Of a DNA stretch of 64,000 nucleotides, positions 1 to 11,439 are shown one piece after another (position 1 is the stretch's first letter; each line of letters begins with the position of its first letter). Under the pieces are notes generated by a model. That model was given only the letters and a program-made list of their open reading frames with translations. It ran no database searches and was not told where the DNA came from. Made by a program: the position numbers and the translations under genes. The stretch comes from an uncultured Planctomycetota bacterium (GTDB lineage: Bacteria; Planctomycetota; Planctomycetia; Isosphaerales; Isosphaeraceae), in assembly GCA_963737655.1 (NCBI GenBank), contig CAVTTN010000002.1:1920001-1984000 (forward strand). The letters are read 5' to 3'.

Positions 1-13
1 GCCGTGGGCGGTC

Positions 14-1314
14 TTGCTGCTCTCGACGGTCCCGGCGTTCGCCCATTTCGTGACGTTCGAGCACGACCTCGACGGCGAGTACCCGAAGGTCCTCCGGCCG
101 ACGTTCAACGCCCATCCTCCGGCCGCGTATCGCCTGGCCGAGCCGGGGGATACGATCGACCGGATCGGCCTGTATGCCTCGGCGGCGGTGGTCGCGGTCG
201 CCGGGTTCGGCTGGATCGCGTCGCGACGGGCGAGGCTCTGGCCGGCGGCGATGGCGCTGGGCCTGGCCGCCGGATGGTTCGCCGCGACGCCGGGGCCTTG
301 CTACGACGGCTGGCACGGCCTGGGATGGCGCGCGATCGGCGACGGGTCGGCCCCTCTGGCGCTTCGGGCCACGCTCGTCGGTGCGGCCCTGGGGCTGCTC
401 GGCGTGGTCGTCGGGTCGATGGTTCGGCTCTGGCCCGAGCGGCCGGAGCTGCTCCGGATCGGTCGGCGACGGCGGGCCGTCGGCCTCTTGGTCGCGGCGG
501 TCGTCCTGGTGACCCTTCGAAGCTTCGACATCCCGGGGACGGACCTCACCGGCTACTGGCCCCGATGGTCGTTCGCCTGGGGGATCATGGCGTTCGGGTT
601 CGCGTTGCTCCATCTCTTGCCGGGTCTTCGCCGAGGGGCCCTCTGGCTCGGCCTGGGCGCCGCGACGGCCTGCGGCCTGATGATTTTCGGCGGGATTCGG
701 ATGTTCTGGCTCCATCGCCCTCTGGAGAGGCTCCGCGCGGTCGTCCCGGGGAAGATTTACATCAGCGCCATGCCGTCGTACCGGGGGCTGGCGATCGAGC
801 AGGAGCGCCTGCATTTCAAGACGATCGTGAACCTCTTCCCCGAGGAGACCGCCCAGCGCAGCCCCAGGCTCCCGGAGGAGATGCGGTTCGTCCGCGAGAG
901 GGGCCTGAAGTACGTCGGCAGCCCCGGGACGGCCCTGGAATCCGACACCTTCCTCGATGAGACCCTGGCCATCGCCCGGGACCCCTCGGCCTGGCCGATC
1001 CTGGTCCACTGCCACGGATGCATGGACCGTTCCCCGGCGTGGATGGGGATCTATCGGTTCCTGGACCAGGGCGTGCCTCTGGACCAGGCCCTGAAGGAGA
1101 TCGAGCGGCACCGAGGCTGCCGGCCGAAGGCGTCGGTCACGCTTCTGTACAATCGCGTCCTGCCCCCCGCGCCCCGGAACGTTACGAATCCGACCCGACG
1201 GCGCGGATCTTGAAGGACTGTGCAAAGGGGACCGAGGACCCCTATGATGCCACCATCCGAAGGCGCCTCGCCGGCCCGAACCCGAAGCCGGCCGGAGGTG
1301 TCCCCAGGCGGTAA
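14..1314 (+). CDS. Membrane protein with C-terminal protein-tyrosine/dual-specificity phosphatase-like domain (5' partial; probable frameshift near 1170)
   Basis: Hydrophobic N-terminal segments; HCHGCMDR fits the CX5R P-loop. ORF 14..1213 appears to continue in the 1018..1314 frame. Confidence 0.7.
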
Positions 1315-1341
1315 GCCTTTCGGGGATCGATCCCCCCGACC

Positions 1342-1369
1342 TTGACAGTCCTCGTCCGATCGCTAGAGT
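1342..1369 (+). promoter_or_regulatory. Putative sigma70 promoter TTGACA-16-TAGAGT
   Basis: Hexamers seen directly, ~40 bp upstream of ATG 1408. Confidence 0.5.
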
Positions 1370-1407
1370 TCACCCTCGCCCCGACCCCAGACCCTCGGCG
1401 GACGCTC

Positions 1408-2727
1408 ATGCCCCCTTCGATCCCCCTCAGCTCGGCCTCGCTTCGGACCGGCGATTCCCCGATCAGCGACCTGATGGCCCGGGCCCTGGCCTCGCCCGAC
1501 ATCGTCTCGCTGGCCGCCGGGTTCGTCGACCATGCGACCTTGCCGAGCGAGGCCGTCGCCGAATCGGTGGCCGCGATGCTCGCCGACCCGGTCGAAGGGA
1601 AGAGGGCCCTGCAATACGGGACGACCCGGGGCGATCTGCGCCTCCGCCGCCGCCTGATCGCCCACCTCGAACGCGAGGAAAACGTCGGCGAGGGGACCTT
1701 CGAGTCCGCCATCGACCGCACGATCGTGACCGGAGGCTCCCAGCAGCTCCTCTACCTCGTCGCCGAGGCCCTGCTCGACCCCGGCGACATCGTTTTGGTC
1801 GAGGCGCCGACGTATTTCGTCTTCATGGGCCTCCTCGAATCGATGGGGGCGACGGTCCTCGGCATCCCGACCGACTCCGGGGGGATGCGGATCGACGCGT
1901 TGGAATCCACGCTCGCCGGGCTGGAGGCCGACGGCAAGCTCGACCGCGTGAAGCTGATCTACACCATCAGCGAGCACAGCAACCCGACCGGCCTGAGCCT
2001 CGCCGCCGACCGCCGGAAGGCCCTGGTGGCCACGGCCGAGCGGTTCTCGAAGCGCCAGCGGATCTTCATCCTCGAGGACGCCGCCTATCGGGGGCTCACG
2101 TTCGAAGGGGCCGAGTCGCCGAGCGTCTGGAGCCACGACCGCGACGGTCAGGCCGTGATCCTGGCCCGGACCTTCAGCAAGACGTTCAGCCCGGGGCTCA
2201 AGACCGGCTGGGGCGTCTTGCCCGAATCGCTCGTCTCGCCGATCCTGAACCTCAAGAGCAACCACGACTTCGGCTCGAATCACTTCGCCCAGCAGCTCAT
2301 CGACCGCGCCATCGCCGAGGGCCATTACGACCGCCAGATCGCCCGCCTGGCCGAGACCTATCGGGGCAAACGCGACGCGATGCTCGACGCCCTGGACGAG
2401 CATTTCGGCCCCCTCGGGATCGACGTCTCCTGGACCCGGCCCCGGGGCGGGCTCTACGTCTGGCTGAGCCTGCCCGAGGAGATCGACACCGGGCGGGACT
2501 CGCCGTTCTTCGCGAGATGCCTGGAGGAAGGCGTCCTGTACGTCCCGGGCGAGTATGCCTTCCCCGACTCCCCCACGCCGGCCCTCCGCAACTGCGCCCG
2601 GCTGAGCTATGGGGTCGAGGGCGAGGGCCGGCTCCGCGAGGGCATCCGTCGGCTGGCCCGGGCCCTGCCTCGATCCGCCCACGGGGTCCAGCGTGCCTCG
2701 AACGTTCAGTTCTCGCCGGTCGGATGA
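1408..2727 (+). CDS. PLP-dependent class I/II aminotransferase (LysN/2-aminoadipate transaminase-like)
   Basis: Motifs SNPTG, ILEDAAY, TFSKTFSPGLKTGW, GVLYVPG. Confidence 0.9.
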   Translation: MPPSIPLSSASLRTGDSPISDLMARALASPDIVSLAAGFVDHATLPSEAVAESVAAMLADPVEGKRALQYGTTRGDLRLRRRLIAHLEREENVGEGTFESAIDRTIVTGGSQQLLYLVAEALLDPGDIVLVEAPTYFVFMGLLESMGATVLGIPTDSGGMRIDALESTLAGLEADGKLDRVKLIYTISEHSNPTGLSLAADRRKALVATAERFSKRQRIFILEDAAYRGLTFEGAESPSVWSHDRDGQAVILARTFSKTFSPGLKTGWGVLPESLVSPILNLKSNHDFGSNHFAQQLIDRAIAEGHYDRQIARLAETYRGKRDAMLDALDEHFGPLGIDVSWTRPRGGLYVWLSLPEEIDTGRDSPFFARCLEEGVLYVPGEYAFPDSPTPALRNCARLSYGVEGEGRLREGIRRLARALPRSAHGVQRASNVQFSPVG

Positions 2728-2845
2728 CTGCCGGCCTACCCCAGGGCCGATAAACGAGAAAGACGGCCCGGTGCGATCGCCGCGGCCCGACGCCGAAGAC
2801 CGACCGCGTTCCGCTCCACCCAGGCAAGGATGCCGGGAGGGACTT

Positions 2846-4054
2846 TTGCTCGGGATCTTGCATCGCTACGTGATCGATCAGGTCTTGCGCTCGTTTTTTC
2901 TGGCGCTGTTGACCATCACGTCGATCTTCGTGCTCTTCATGGTGATGGCCGAGGCATCCCGCCAGGGCCTCGCGCCTCGGGACATCATCCGGATCGTCCC
3001 GTTCATCATCCCGAGCAGCCTGCCGTACACGATCCCGGTGGCCCTGCTGTTCTCGGCGTCGGTGGTCTACGGCCGGATGGCCGGCGACAACGAGATCGTG
3101 GCGGTCAAGGCCGCCGGCCTGAGCGCCACGACCATCCTGGTCCCGACCTGGGCCCTGGGCCTGGCCCTCAGCGGCGGCCTGTTCTACTTCAGCTCCGACG
3201 CCATCCCGCGATCCACCCATGCCTTCCGCAAGATCCTGTTCCAGGACGTGGAGGACATGTTCTACAAGATCCTGAAGAAAGAAGGCCAGTGCAACATCAA
3301 GCAATGGCCGTTCTACATCAGCGTGAAGGACGTCGAGGGCCAGACCCTGATCGACGCCACCTTCAAGCACCGCAAGAGCAAGGAGCAGCCCAACACCTTC
3401 GACCTCCAGGTCTTCGCCAAGAGGGCCTGGGTCCACTTCCTCCCGGCCGAGGGGGTCGCCCGCGTCGAGCTGGAAGACTCCGAGACCAACGGCGGCGAGA
3501 GCCGGCCGTTCCTCGTCTGGGTCAACGGCAAGAACATGCTCGAATATCCCCTGCCGAAGGACGGCAGCTACAAGCTGGAGAAGCGCATCCAGGAGCTCAC
3601 CAACTCCGAGATGACCGCCCAGCAAGCCGAGCTCCTGGAGAAGATCCGCACCGAGAGGCAGCTCCAGGCCGTCTCGGCGGCCCTCTGGATCGGCTCGGGA
3701 CGGATGAACCGGGTGGACTGGCCCGGCGTGGGCGAGGCCTTCCGCGAGTTCCGCTACTGGAAGAGGAAGAACGCCGAGCTCGAGACCGAGAAGTACCTCC
3801 GCGTCTCGCTCGCCGCCGGCAGCCTGTTCTTCGTCCTCCTGGGCGCTCCGGTGGGCATCCTGTTCGCCCGGAGGGACTTCCTCAGCGCGTTCATCTCGTG
3901 CTTCTTGCCGATCATCGTCGTGTACTACCCGCTCACGCTCGGCGCCGTGAACGTGGCGAAGGAAGACATCTTCCATCCGTCGGTGGTCTTCGCCGGCAAC
4001 GGAGTCCTCGCCCTGGCGGCCGGGCCGGTCTGGCGAAGGGTGAAGCGGCATTGA
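2846..4054 (+). CDS. LptF/LptG-family LPS export permease
   Basis: ILHRYV start, YGRMAGDNEIVAVKAAG, LLGAPVG; TTG start inferred. Confidence 0.85.
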   Translation: MLGILHRYVIDQVLRSFFLALLTITSIFVLFMVMAEASRQGLAPRDIIRIVPFIIPSSLPYTIPVALLFSASVVYGRMAGDNEIVAVKAAGLSATTILVPTWALGLALSGGLFYFSSDAIPRSTHAFRKILFQDVEDMFYKILKKEGQCNIKQWPFYISVKDVEGQTLIDATFKHRKSKEQPNTFDLQVFAKRAWVHFLPAEGVARVELEDSETNGGESRPFLVWVNGKNMLEYPLPKDGSYKLEKRIQELTNSEMTAQQAELLEKIRTERQLQAVSAALWIGSGRMNRVDWPGVGEAFREFRYWKRKNAELETEKYLRVSLAAGSLFFVLLGAPVGILFARRDFLSAFISCFLPIIVVYYPLTLGAVNVAKEDIFHPSVVFAGNGVLALAAGPVWRRVKRH

Positions 4055-4141
4055 ACCAACCGGGGGGGGCCCGCCATTGCGGGTTCACCCGGAAACGTCC
4101 CGGCGACGGAATCGACCCATTCGAAGAGGGCGGAGACGGCG

Positions 4142-5296
4142 ATGAGGATCCTCGACCGCCAGCGATACTGGGCCTTCCTCAAGGCCTACCTGATCAGCTT
4201 CGTCTCGCTCGTGGGGCTGTACATCGTCATCGACGCCTTCACCAACCTCGACGAGTTCGTGAAGGTCTCCGACAGCACGGCCGAGCTCTTCGCCCACATG
4301 GGCCGGTACTACCTCGTCCGCCTGAGCTTCTTCTACGACCGCCTCTGCGGCGTGATCACCATGATGGCGGCGATCTTCACCGTCACGTGGATGCAGAAGA
4401 ACAACGAGCTCCTCGCCATGCTCGCCGCCGGGATCAGCACCCGGCGGGTGGTCATCCCCGTGATCGTCTCGGCCGCCCTGGTCAGCGTCGTGGCCGTCCT
4501 GAACCAGGAATTGATCCTCCCCAAGATCAGCGACGAGCTCCAGATGACGCCCGACGATGACGGCGTCCGCACCGTCCCGGCCGGCAGCCGGTGGGACGTC
4601 AACGACATCCAGATCCAGGCCACCGGCGGGGACCGAGGCGAGCGCGCCGTGTATGATTTCAACGCGCTCTTGCCCGTGACGAAATTCGGCGCGATGATGT
4701 CTCTGGAATGCAAGAAGGCCCGATACGTCCCCGAGGACGCCCCGAGGGCGCCGCTCCGCGGGGGCTGGCTCCTCTGGGGCGGCAAGCTCTCCCCGGCCGA
4801 CGCGAAGCCCGACGGCAAGCTCCTGATCCTCGTCCCGCCCGAGCAGGTCGCCCAGTTCCCCAAATATCGCGGCGGGACGCCCCCGCCCGGCGACGTCTAT
4901 TTCCTCCGGTCCAGCGTCACGTTCACGAACCTGACGAGGAAGGCGGACTGGTACCAGTTCGCCACCACGCCCGACCTCGTCCGCGCCCTGGGCGACCCGG
5001 CGAGCCCGACCGAGGCCGTCCAGGTCGGCGTCTTCCTCCACGGCCGGGTGGTCCGCCCTCTCACGGCGATGGTCTTGCTGGTCCTCAGCCTCCCCCTGGT
5101 CCTCGGCGGCGAGGGCCGGAACATGTTCATCAACCTCGGGATGTCCCTGGGCACCTCGGCCCTCTTCTACGGGACCACGTTCCTCGTCCAGTACCTCGGC
5201 AACAACAAGGTCATCACCCCCGAGCTCGCCGCCTGGGTGCCCATCATCGGATTCGGGACGTTCGCCGTGGCCCGATGGGACCGGATTCGGACGTGA
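4142..5296 (+). CDS. LptF/LptG-family LPS export permease
   Basis: MRILDR start, NNELLAMLAAGIS, PELAAWVP; tandem with the paralogue. Confidence 0.85.
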   Translation: MRILDRQRYWAFLKAYLISFVSLVGLYIVIDAFTNLDEFVKVSDSTAELFAHMGRYYLVRLSFFYDRLCGVITMMAAIFTVTWMQKNNELLAMLAAGISTRRVVIPVIVSAALVSVVAVLNQELILPKISDELQMTPDDDGVRTVPAGSRWDVNDIQIQATGGDRGERAVYDFNALLPVTKFGAMMSLECKKARYVPEDAPRAPLRGGWLLWGGKLSPADAKPDGKLLILVPPEQVAQFPKYRGGTPPPGDVYFLRSSVTFTNLTRKADWYQFATTPDLVRALGDPASPTEAVQVGVFLHGRVVRPLTAMVLLVLSLPLVLGGEGRNMFINLGMSLGTSALFYGTTFLVQYLGNNKVITPELAAWVPIIGFGTFAVARWDRIRT

Positions 5297-5329
5297 AGCC
5301 CGGCCCCGCGATGTTCCTCGGCGAGCGGT

Positions 5330-6694
5330 TCAATCGGTCGGCTTCGCCGCCCGGAACGTCGCCGGGGTCATCGAGCGGACCGCGGAGATGATGAGGTCTT
5401 CCACGCCCGGCTTCAGCCGGGACGGCCGGCCGTAGTAGAACATCGCGCCCGTCGCCTCGTAGCCGCCTTCGTTCAAGATGCGCTCCGACGCGATGTAGCA
5501 GGGGACGTCATTGGCGTAGGAAATGACCATCAATCGCGACGGGTCGAGCTCGGTCTTGAGCCTCAAGGCATAATCGACCACCACCTCGCCGCCGAGGAAC
5601 ACCAGGCAGAGCCGATCGCCGAAGGCCCAGGTCTGGATGGGGTAGGGCAGGGCGTCGGGGAGCGTCTCGCCCCGGTCGAGCCGGTCGAGCATCGTCCTGG
5701 CGTTGTAGGCCGCGGCGCCGTCCTTGCCTTTGATGAGCGCTTGGAGCTCGTCGCGGGTCGGGACGTGGTCGAAGGGGAGCGAGATCCGTTCGAACCGGCC
5801 GGTGGGCGGGCCGTCCAGGGGTTTCAGAGGATCGCGGAGGAGCCGCTCGACCTCGTCGGCCAGGCTCTTGCCGTGCTTCTGGGCCACGGCCAACCCGGTC
5901 CGGCCCCTGGGGTTGGCGTCGGCCCCGCAGCCGATCACCGTGAGGGCCACGGCGCCGGGGTGGGCGGCCTCGATGGCGTCCTGGGCGAAGCCGGCCCAGT
6001 CGGCGCAGATCGCGTTGTCCTTGGGGTCGAGCGTCGTGCAGTGGCAGGCATAGTCGACGATCACCGCCCGGAGGTTGCCCCGAGCGTCCACGGCCCGGAC
6101 GATCGGCAAGGAATGGTCCACCGGGCCGTCGGGGACCTCGCCGAACCCCGTCCACTTGCCGTCCTTGAGCACTCGTCGGTTGATCGCGAATCCCACCGAA
6201 CCCTGACCCCAGGCCAGGGTCGCCGGCTTGCGGTCGGCCAGGGCCTCCAGGACGACCTTCACCAACGAATCGGCCAGCTCGCGGGTATATCGCTCGATGT
6301 GCGCCTGCTGATCGGGCGGCAGGGGCTTCCCGAAAATGTTCGCCGCCGCGCCGAGGAGCACGGGCGCCGAATGCGTGTGGGTCGAGCAGACGGCGAACCT
6401 CTCCCGGGTGACTTCGGGCGCCTCGGCCCTCACCCGGGCCAGGACGTCCGAGACCACCGCATCGGGCACGCCGAGGTTATCGACCGAGACGATCACCGCC
6501 GGGCCGATCGCCACGGCCTTGGCCCAGAGGCGGGTCTCAATCTTCGTCGCCTCCTGCGACCTTGAGGAATAGCCGTGGAGCCGGATCGGGAAGCCCGGGG
6601 TGATGTCAATCTTCGCCGTGCCAACCTCGGCGGCTTCCACGATCAGGGGGAAAAATCCCAAAGCGAAGACGAGGCATCGGATCGGCATCTTCAT
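5330..6694 (-). CDS. Secreted neutral/alkaline ceramidase-like hydrolase
   Basis: Signal peptide; DITP, STHTHSAP, YACHCT, GGYE motifs. Confidence 0.75.
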   Translation of the reverse strand: MKMPIRCLVFALGFFPLIVEAAEVGTAKIDITPGFPIRLHGYSSRSQEATKIETRLWAKAVAIGPAVIVSVDNLGVPDAVVSDVLARVRAEAPEVTRERFAVCSTHTHSAPVLLGAAANIFGKPLPPDQQAHIERYTRELADSLVKVVLEALADRKPATLAWGQGSVGFAINRRVLKDGKWTGFGEVPDGPVDHSLPIVRAVDARGNLRAVIVDYACHCTTLDPKDNAICADWAGFAQDAIEAAHPGAVALTVIGCGADANPRGRTGLAVAQKHGKSLADEVERLLRDPLKPLDGPPTGRFERISLPFDHVPTRDELQALIKGKDGAAAYNARTMLDRLDRGETLPDALPYPIQTWAFGDRLCLVFLGGEVVVDYALRLKTELDPSRLMVISYANDVPCYIASERILNEGGYEATGAMFYYGRPSRLKPGVEDLIISAVRSMTPATFRAAKPTD

Positions 6695-6704
6695 GGTTCG
6701 TGCC

Positions 6705-8015
6705 TCAAGGGGATTCGTCGATCCTGGGTTGGATTCGCCCCCGGTCCCAGGCGAAAAACATCGCCACGCCCAGGGCCATCGAGCCGAGTCCGTAGGCCAC
6801 GACGATCGGCCTCGACGCCCCGAAGACCGCGAGCCAGCCGACCAGGGCCACCAGCGCCGGCAGGGGATACAGGGGCATCAGGAACGGCATCCGGGCCTTC
6901 GTCCGGCGGAGGTAGGCGACCGTGACGATCTGCCCGACGAACTGGATCAAGATCCGAGAGGTCAGCAGGGCCATGATGACCGTCTCCAGGTCGGCCAGGC
7001 AGGCCAGGGCCGACAATCCGCCGACCAGCAAGAGCGACCGATGGGGGAAGTCGCCCGAGGGATGTACGGCCGCCAGCCCCCGGAAGAAATGCCCGGCCTT
7101 CGCCGCCGCATAGGGCACCCGGCTGTAACCCAGGAGCGCCGCGAACGTGCCGGCCAGGGCCGTCCAGAGGATGAACACCCGGACCACTCCCGCCGCCCCC
7201 GGGCCGTGGACCCTCCTCGCGAAATCCGTCGCGATCGACTGTGAATCGGCCACGCCCGACGGCCCCAGGACGCCCAGGAGCGCGAGGTTCATCAGCAGAT
7301 ACGCCGCGCCGATGACGCCCACGGAGATCAAAATCGACCTCGGGACGGTCCTCGCCGGGTCCTCGACCTCGTCCCCCAGGTAGCAGACCTGGTAATACCC
7401 GAGATAGCAGTACATCGCCAGGGCCAGCCCCTGGCCGATCTTCGGAAGCCTCGGCCTGGTCGCGAGATCGGGCCACGTCGCGGCCAGGTTGTGGGGATCG
7501 GACCGGATCAGGCCGACGACGATGATCCCGAGGACCGTCAGGACCATCCCCGCGCAAAGGGCAACCATCAATCGACCCGCGACCCCGATCCGTCGATACG
7601 CCAGGACCACCAGCGAGATCATCGCGCCGGCCGCGAGCAGCGAGGTCGGCACTCCCGGCGCGAACGCCCCGGCGTACTGCGCGAACCCGACCGCCCCGCT
7701 GGCGACTTCCAGAGGGGCGCTGAACAGGAATTGCCAGACGAACAGGAACTTCAACAGCCGCCCGAGGCCCGAGGCGCCGTAAACCGCGTCGTAGAAATGG
7801 TACGTCCCGCCCGATCCGGGGAACGCGGCGGCCAGCTCGCTCCAGACGAGGCCGTCGGCGATCGCCACGAGTGCCCCGAGGGCCCAGATCGCCAGGGCCC
7901 ACCCGCCGCCCACCGAGCGGACAATCCCCGGGATCGTCAGGAACGGCCCCACCCCCACCATCATCGCCATGTTCAGGCTGACCGCCTGGAGGAGCGAGAG
8001 ACGGCGGCCGGTCAT
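6705..8015 (-). CDS. APC-family amino acid permease
   Basis: MVGVGPF, SELAAAFPGSGG, DEVEDPART; many TM segments. Confidence 0.85.
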   Translation of the reverse strand: MTGRRLSLLQAVSLNMAMMVGVGPFLTIPGIVRSVGGGWALAIWALGALVAIADGLVWSELAAAFPGSGGTYHFYDAVYGASGLGRLLKFLFVWQFLFSAPLEVASGAVGFAQYAGAFAPGVPTSLLAAGAMISLVVLAYRRIGVAGRLMVALCAGMVLTVLGIIVVGLIRSDPHNLAATWPDLATRPRLPKIGQGLALAMYCYLGYYQVCYLGDEVEDPARTVPRSILISVGVIGAAYLLMNLALLGVLGPSGVADSQSIATDFARRVHGPGAAGVVRVFILWTALAGTFAALLGYSRVPYAAAKAGHFFRGLAAVHPSGDFPHRSLLLVGGLSALACLADLETVIMALLTSRILIQFVGQIVTVAYLRRTKARMPFLMPLYPLPALVALVGWLAVFGASRPIVVAYGLGSMALGVAMFFAWDRGRIQPRIDESP

Positions 8016-8407
8016 GGAGGGAATTCCGACAAAGGACGTCCGCCGCCGGCCCGAAACCCGGGGCCTTCGGCGATCGGGACGCGCCAGTTTAGCCGGATTC
8101 TCACCAATTGCACGGCCCGGCCGCCCCTTCCGGCTCAATCGGCACGGCCGTTGCGATCGAGGGGCCGCGTTCCCGGGAAACCGTGCCTTCGCGGGTCGGT
8201 CCGATCTTGTGGGCCATGCGGGTTTTGAGGGCATCGACGGGAATTCGACCGCGAATTCCTGACCCCCGCCACTCGCCAAACCGGGGGACGTCGTACAGAA
8301 TTCTGGTGAGACGTGCGAATGGGACCGTGCCTTTCGCCGGGGGAATCCTCGCGCCTGGGCCGGTCCCGCCTTGTCCGTCGACACCTGGGATCGGTGGGAT
8401 TTCGGCG

Positions 8408-9368
8408 ATGAACACCTTTCGTTTGGCGTTGGTCGTGGCGTTGGGAACGTTCGGGGGATTCACCTCGGAGGCGAGGGCGGGAGGCCCCGGCGGTATCGGG
8501 GTGATCGGCGACAGCTACTCCGACGAGTACCAGTTCTACTCGCCCCATCGGGCCTCGGCCCGGAACTGGGTCGAGATCCTGGCCGAGAGGCGGGGGCTGG
8601 ACTTCGGCCCGTTCTCCTCGGAGACGCGAGGCGAGCCGAGGAACGCCGGGTTCGCCTACAACTGGGCCCGGTCCGCCGCCACGTCGGCCGACGCCATCGC
8701 CTCCGGCCAGCATCTCGGCCTGGCCGAGCAGGCGAGGCGGGGCGAGGTCCGGTTCGCGATCGTCTTCCTCGGCGGCAACGACTTCATCGAGGCCTTCCTC
8801 GGCCCGAATCCCGAGTCCGCGACGATCGGCCTGGCCGATCGCGCCGCGACGAACCTCGGAACGGTCGTGGAGACGCTCCTCTCGGCGAGCACGGAGCTGA
8901 AGATCCTGGTGGCCACCGTGCCCGACGTCCGCGACCTGCCCGAGCTCCGGGGCCCGATCCGCGAAGCCCGGATCGACCGCGCCTCGGCCGACCGGATCGC
9001 GGCCGAGATCGCCGCGTTCAACACCAGGGTCCGCTCCCTGGCCGGTCGAGACGGCCGGGTCGCCATCTTCGACTTCGCCCGGATCTCCCAGATCTCGGCC
9101 AGGCTCGCGCCGGATTTCATCCCGGTCGCCGGCCGCAAGGTCCGCCGATGGACGCCCGGGGACGACCTCGACAGCCTGTTCCTCGCCGACAACCGCCACC
9201 TCGGCCTGATCGGCCAGGGGATGCTCGCCCGGATGATCGTCGAGTCCCTCAACCGCAAGCTCGACGCCGGAATCCCCCCCCCTGGACGATCGCGAAATCC
9301 TCGCCATCGCCGAATCGCTGGCGGCGAGGAAGGCGGCCGGCTCATCGCTGGTCGAAGCCGGGCGGTAG
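8408..9368 (+). CDS. Secreted SGNH/GDSL hydrolase (frameshift in poly-C ~9274-9282)
   Basis: IGDSYSD, GGND and DNRH motifs; corrected frame ends at TAG 9368. Confidence 0.8.
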
Positions 9369-9405
9369 GACGCCTCGTCGTCGGCCCCGAGAGGGAGGGT
9401 GGCTC

Positions 9406-11031
9406 TCAGGCCGGCTCGATCCCCGGGCCGGGCGCGGGAGGCTGGGCCCGCGATCGCCGTCTCCTTCGGAGGATCAGGAAGGCGAGGCTGATCGCGACGA
9501 CCCCGCCGATCGAACCGACCGCGGGGAGGAGCCACGAGCGGCTCGTCGGCAGGGCGACGCCGGGGGTGCCCGGCAGGGGGATCGGGCCGAACGCCGGGAC
9601 GGCCATCCCCTTGGCGTCCACCAGGTCGCACGAGGGGTCGAACCCCCAGCCGTACCAGAGGAAGGCCCCCTCGGGCACGGGTCGGGCGAGCTTCAAGATG
9701 ACCTGAGTGGGATCGTCCGGGTTGACGTCGGCCCGCCGGATCACCCGCACGAGGACCCCGTCGGGACCGCGGACCGAGAAGCCGGTGAGAGGCCCCGAGC
9801 CGATCAAGCCCGCCCCGTCGGTCCCGCGATTGACCCCGGAGAAGCGCACGATCAGCCGGTTCCCGTCCTGGTCCACGCGATCCAGGTCCGGGGTGGTGGC
9901 CCCGCCCCCTCCGGGGAGGTCGTGGAGGACGCGGTCGGCCAGGCGTCGGCCGACGATCGAGGCACTCCGGGCCTCCAGGTGGATCACGTCGACGACGTCC
10001 AGATCGATGGACGCGACGAGTCCCGTGCCCGGGACTCGCGCGGGGAATTTCCTCTGGACCTCTCGCACGATGTTCCAGCCCGAGGGGTCGTCACCCTGGC
10101 TCAACCCCCGGCCGATCTGGACCAGGTAGAACGGCAGGCTGGGGTCTCCCAGGTCGCTCCGAAGGGCCTTGACCAGGGCGTCGAGTCGCTCTTCGTAGCG
10201 GCCGGCGTCCCACCCCATGCCGCTGCCGGAGGCCTCGGCCTCGCCCTGATACCAGAGGACGCCTCGGACGTGTCCCCCCGCCCGAGCGACCTGCGCCAGC
10301 ATGGCCCCGTAGAGCGAGTTCCCGTCGCGCTTCTTGCCGTCGGGCAGCCACAATCGGATCGGCGTCGCCCCCTTGGCGCAGGCGATCAGGCCGATCGGGA
10401 CGCCGGTGGCCTCCGCCATCCTCGTCCCGAAGGCGATCCCGGGGCCGCTCCCCTTCAGCCAGGTCGGGAACAGGGTGCCGGCCGGCGGATCGGGGGCCTT
10501 GGGCCCTCGATGGACCGCGTCCCGGGCCGTCTCGATCTTGTGGAGAGGATCGACCGCCTGGCTCCATCGGCCGTCCAGGCCGAGGCAGGCGACGCGAGGA
10601 TCGGGCGCCGCGGCCCCGGAGAAGTCGTTGCGGCCCTCCATGTTGGACTGGCCGGCCAGGACCCACAGATCCCCCACGAACACCGGCCCGATCCGCTCCG
10701 GTTCGGCCTCCCGCCCCGATCGAACCTGGATGGTGTACGGGCCGCCCGTCGGCACACCTTCCAGGACCCCTTCCGACAGGGTGACCCCGCCCACCGGCTC
10801 TCCCCCAGGGCCGATCAGCTCCGCCGAGCGGGCGCGGCCCGGAGGACCCAGAGGGATGGCCGCCCGACCATCCTGGCCCCGGGGATAGACCCGCCAGGGC
10901 GACGGCCCATCGTCGGCCCCTTCCCCCGGCGACGTCCTCACGGGACCGGCATACAGACACGACTGGGAGAGTAAGATCAGGATCCAGCCGTCGATCGCGA
11001 GCGCGACGACCCAGCCCCTTGCCCACTTCAT
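9406..11031 (-). CDS. Sialate O-acetylesterase (SASA)-domain protein with C-terminal membrane anchor
   Basis: AGQSNM, WYQGE, DVIH motifs; C-terminal TM followed by RRRRR. Confidence 0.85.
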   Translation of the reverse strand: MKWARGWVVALAIDGWILILLSQSCLYAGPVRTSPGEGADDGPSPWRVYPRGQDGRAAIPLGPPGRARSAELIGPGGEPVGGVTLSEGVLEGVPTGGPYTIQVRSGREAEPERIGPVFVGDLWVLAGQSNMEGRNDFSGAAAPDPRVACLGLDGRWSQAVDPLHKIETARDAVHRGPKAPDPPAGTLFPTWLKGSGPGIAFGTRMAEATGVPIGLIACAKGATPIRLWLPDGKKRDGNSLYGAMLAQVARAGGHVRGVLWYQGEAEASGSGMGWDAGRYEERLDALVKALRSDLGDPSLPFYLVQIGRGLSQGDDPSGWNIVREVQRKFPARVPGTGLVASIDLDVVDVIHLEARSASIVGRRLADRVLHDLPGGGGATTPDLDRVDQDGNRLIVRFSGVNRGTDGAGLIGSGPLTGFSVRGPDGVLVRVIRRADVNPDDPTQVILKLARPVPEGAFLWYGWGFDPSCDLVDAKGMAVPAFGPIPLPGTPGVALPTSRSWLLPAVGSIGGVVAISLAFLILRRRRRSRAQPPAPGPGIEPA

Positions 11032-11439
11032 GGTTGTTTTCCTCGATACCGCCCTATCAAAGTAGGCCCACGACAGAATCCGAGAGCCGAGCCTTTGCAT
11101 GCGAATAAGATACGAGGTCACGGCCAACTTCTTCAAGGATCGGGTGGGACCCCGAGCCAAAGCGAACACCCGGGCGCGCCGTCGAACCGGCCGCCGATGG
11201 AGCGGAAAGCTTCCCGGAATCGACCCGGTCAGCCGGTTCCTCGCCGACAGCCGCCGCCTCGGCCTGATCGGCCAGGGGAGGCCGCCGGATCGTCGCGGGC
11301 GGGCGGAAGCGGGGCGATCGAAAGGCCGGGTCGCCGGCCTTCGTCGGGTCCGCCCTTGCGAGGAACCGTCGAATCGCGAAGAGGCCCGCACGAGTTGCCC
11401 CCGCGAGGCTTCGTCCTCCGAGCGGGCATGGCGCCGGCT

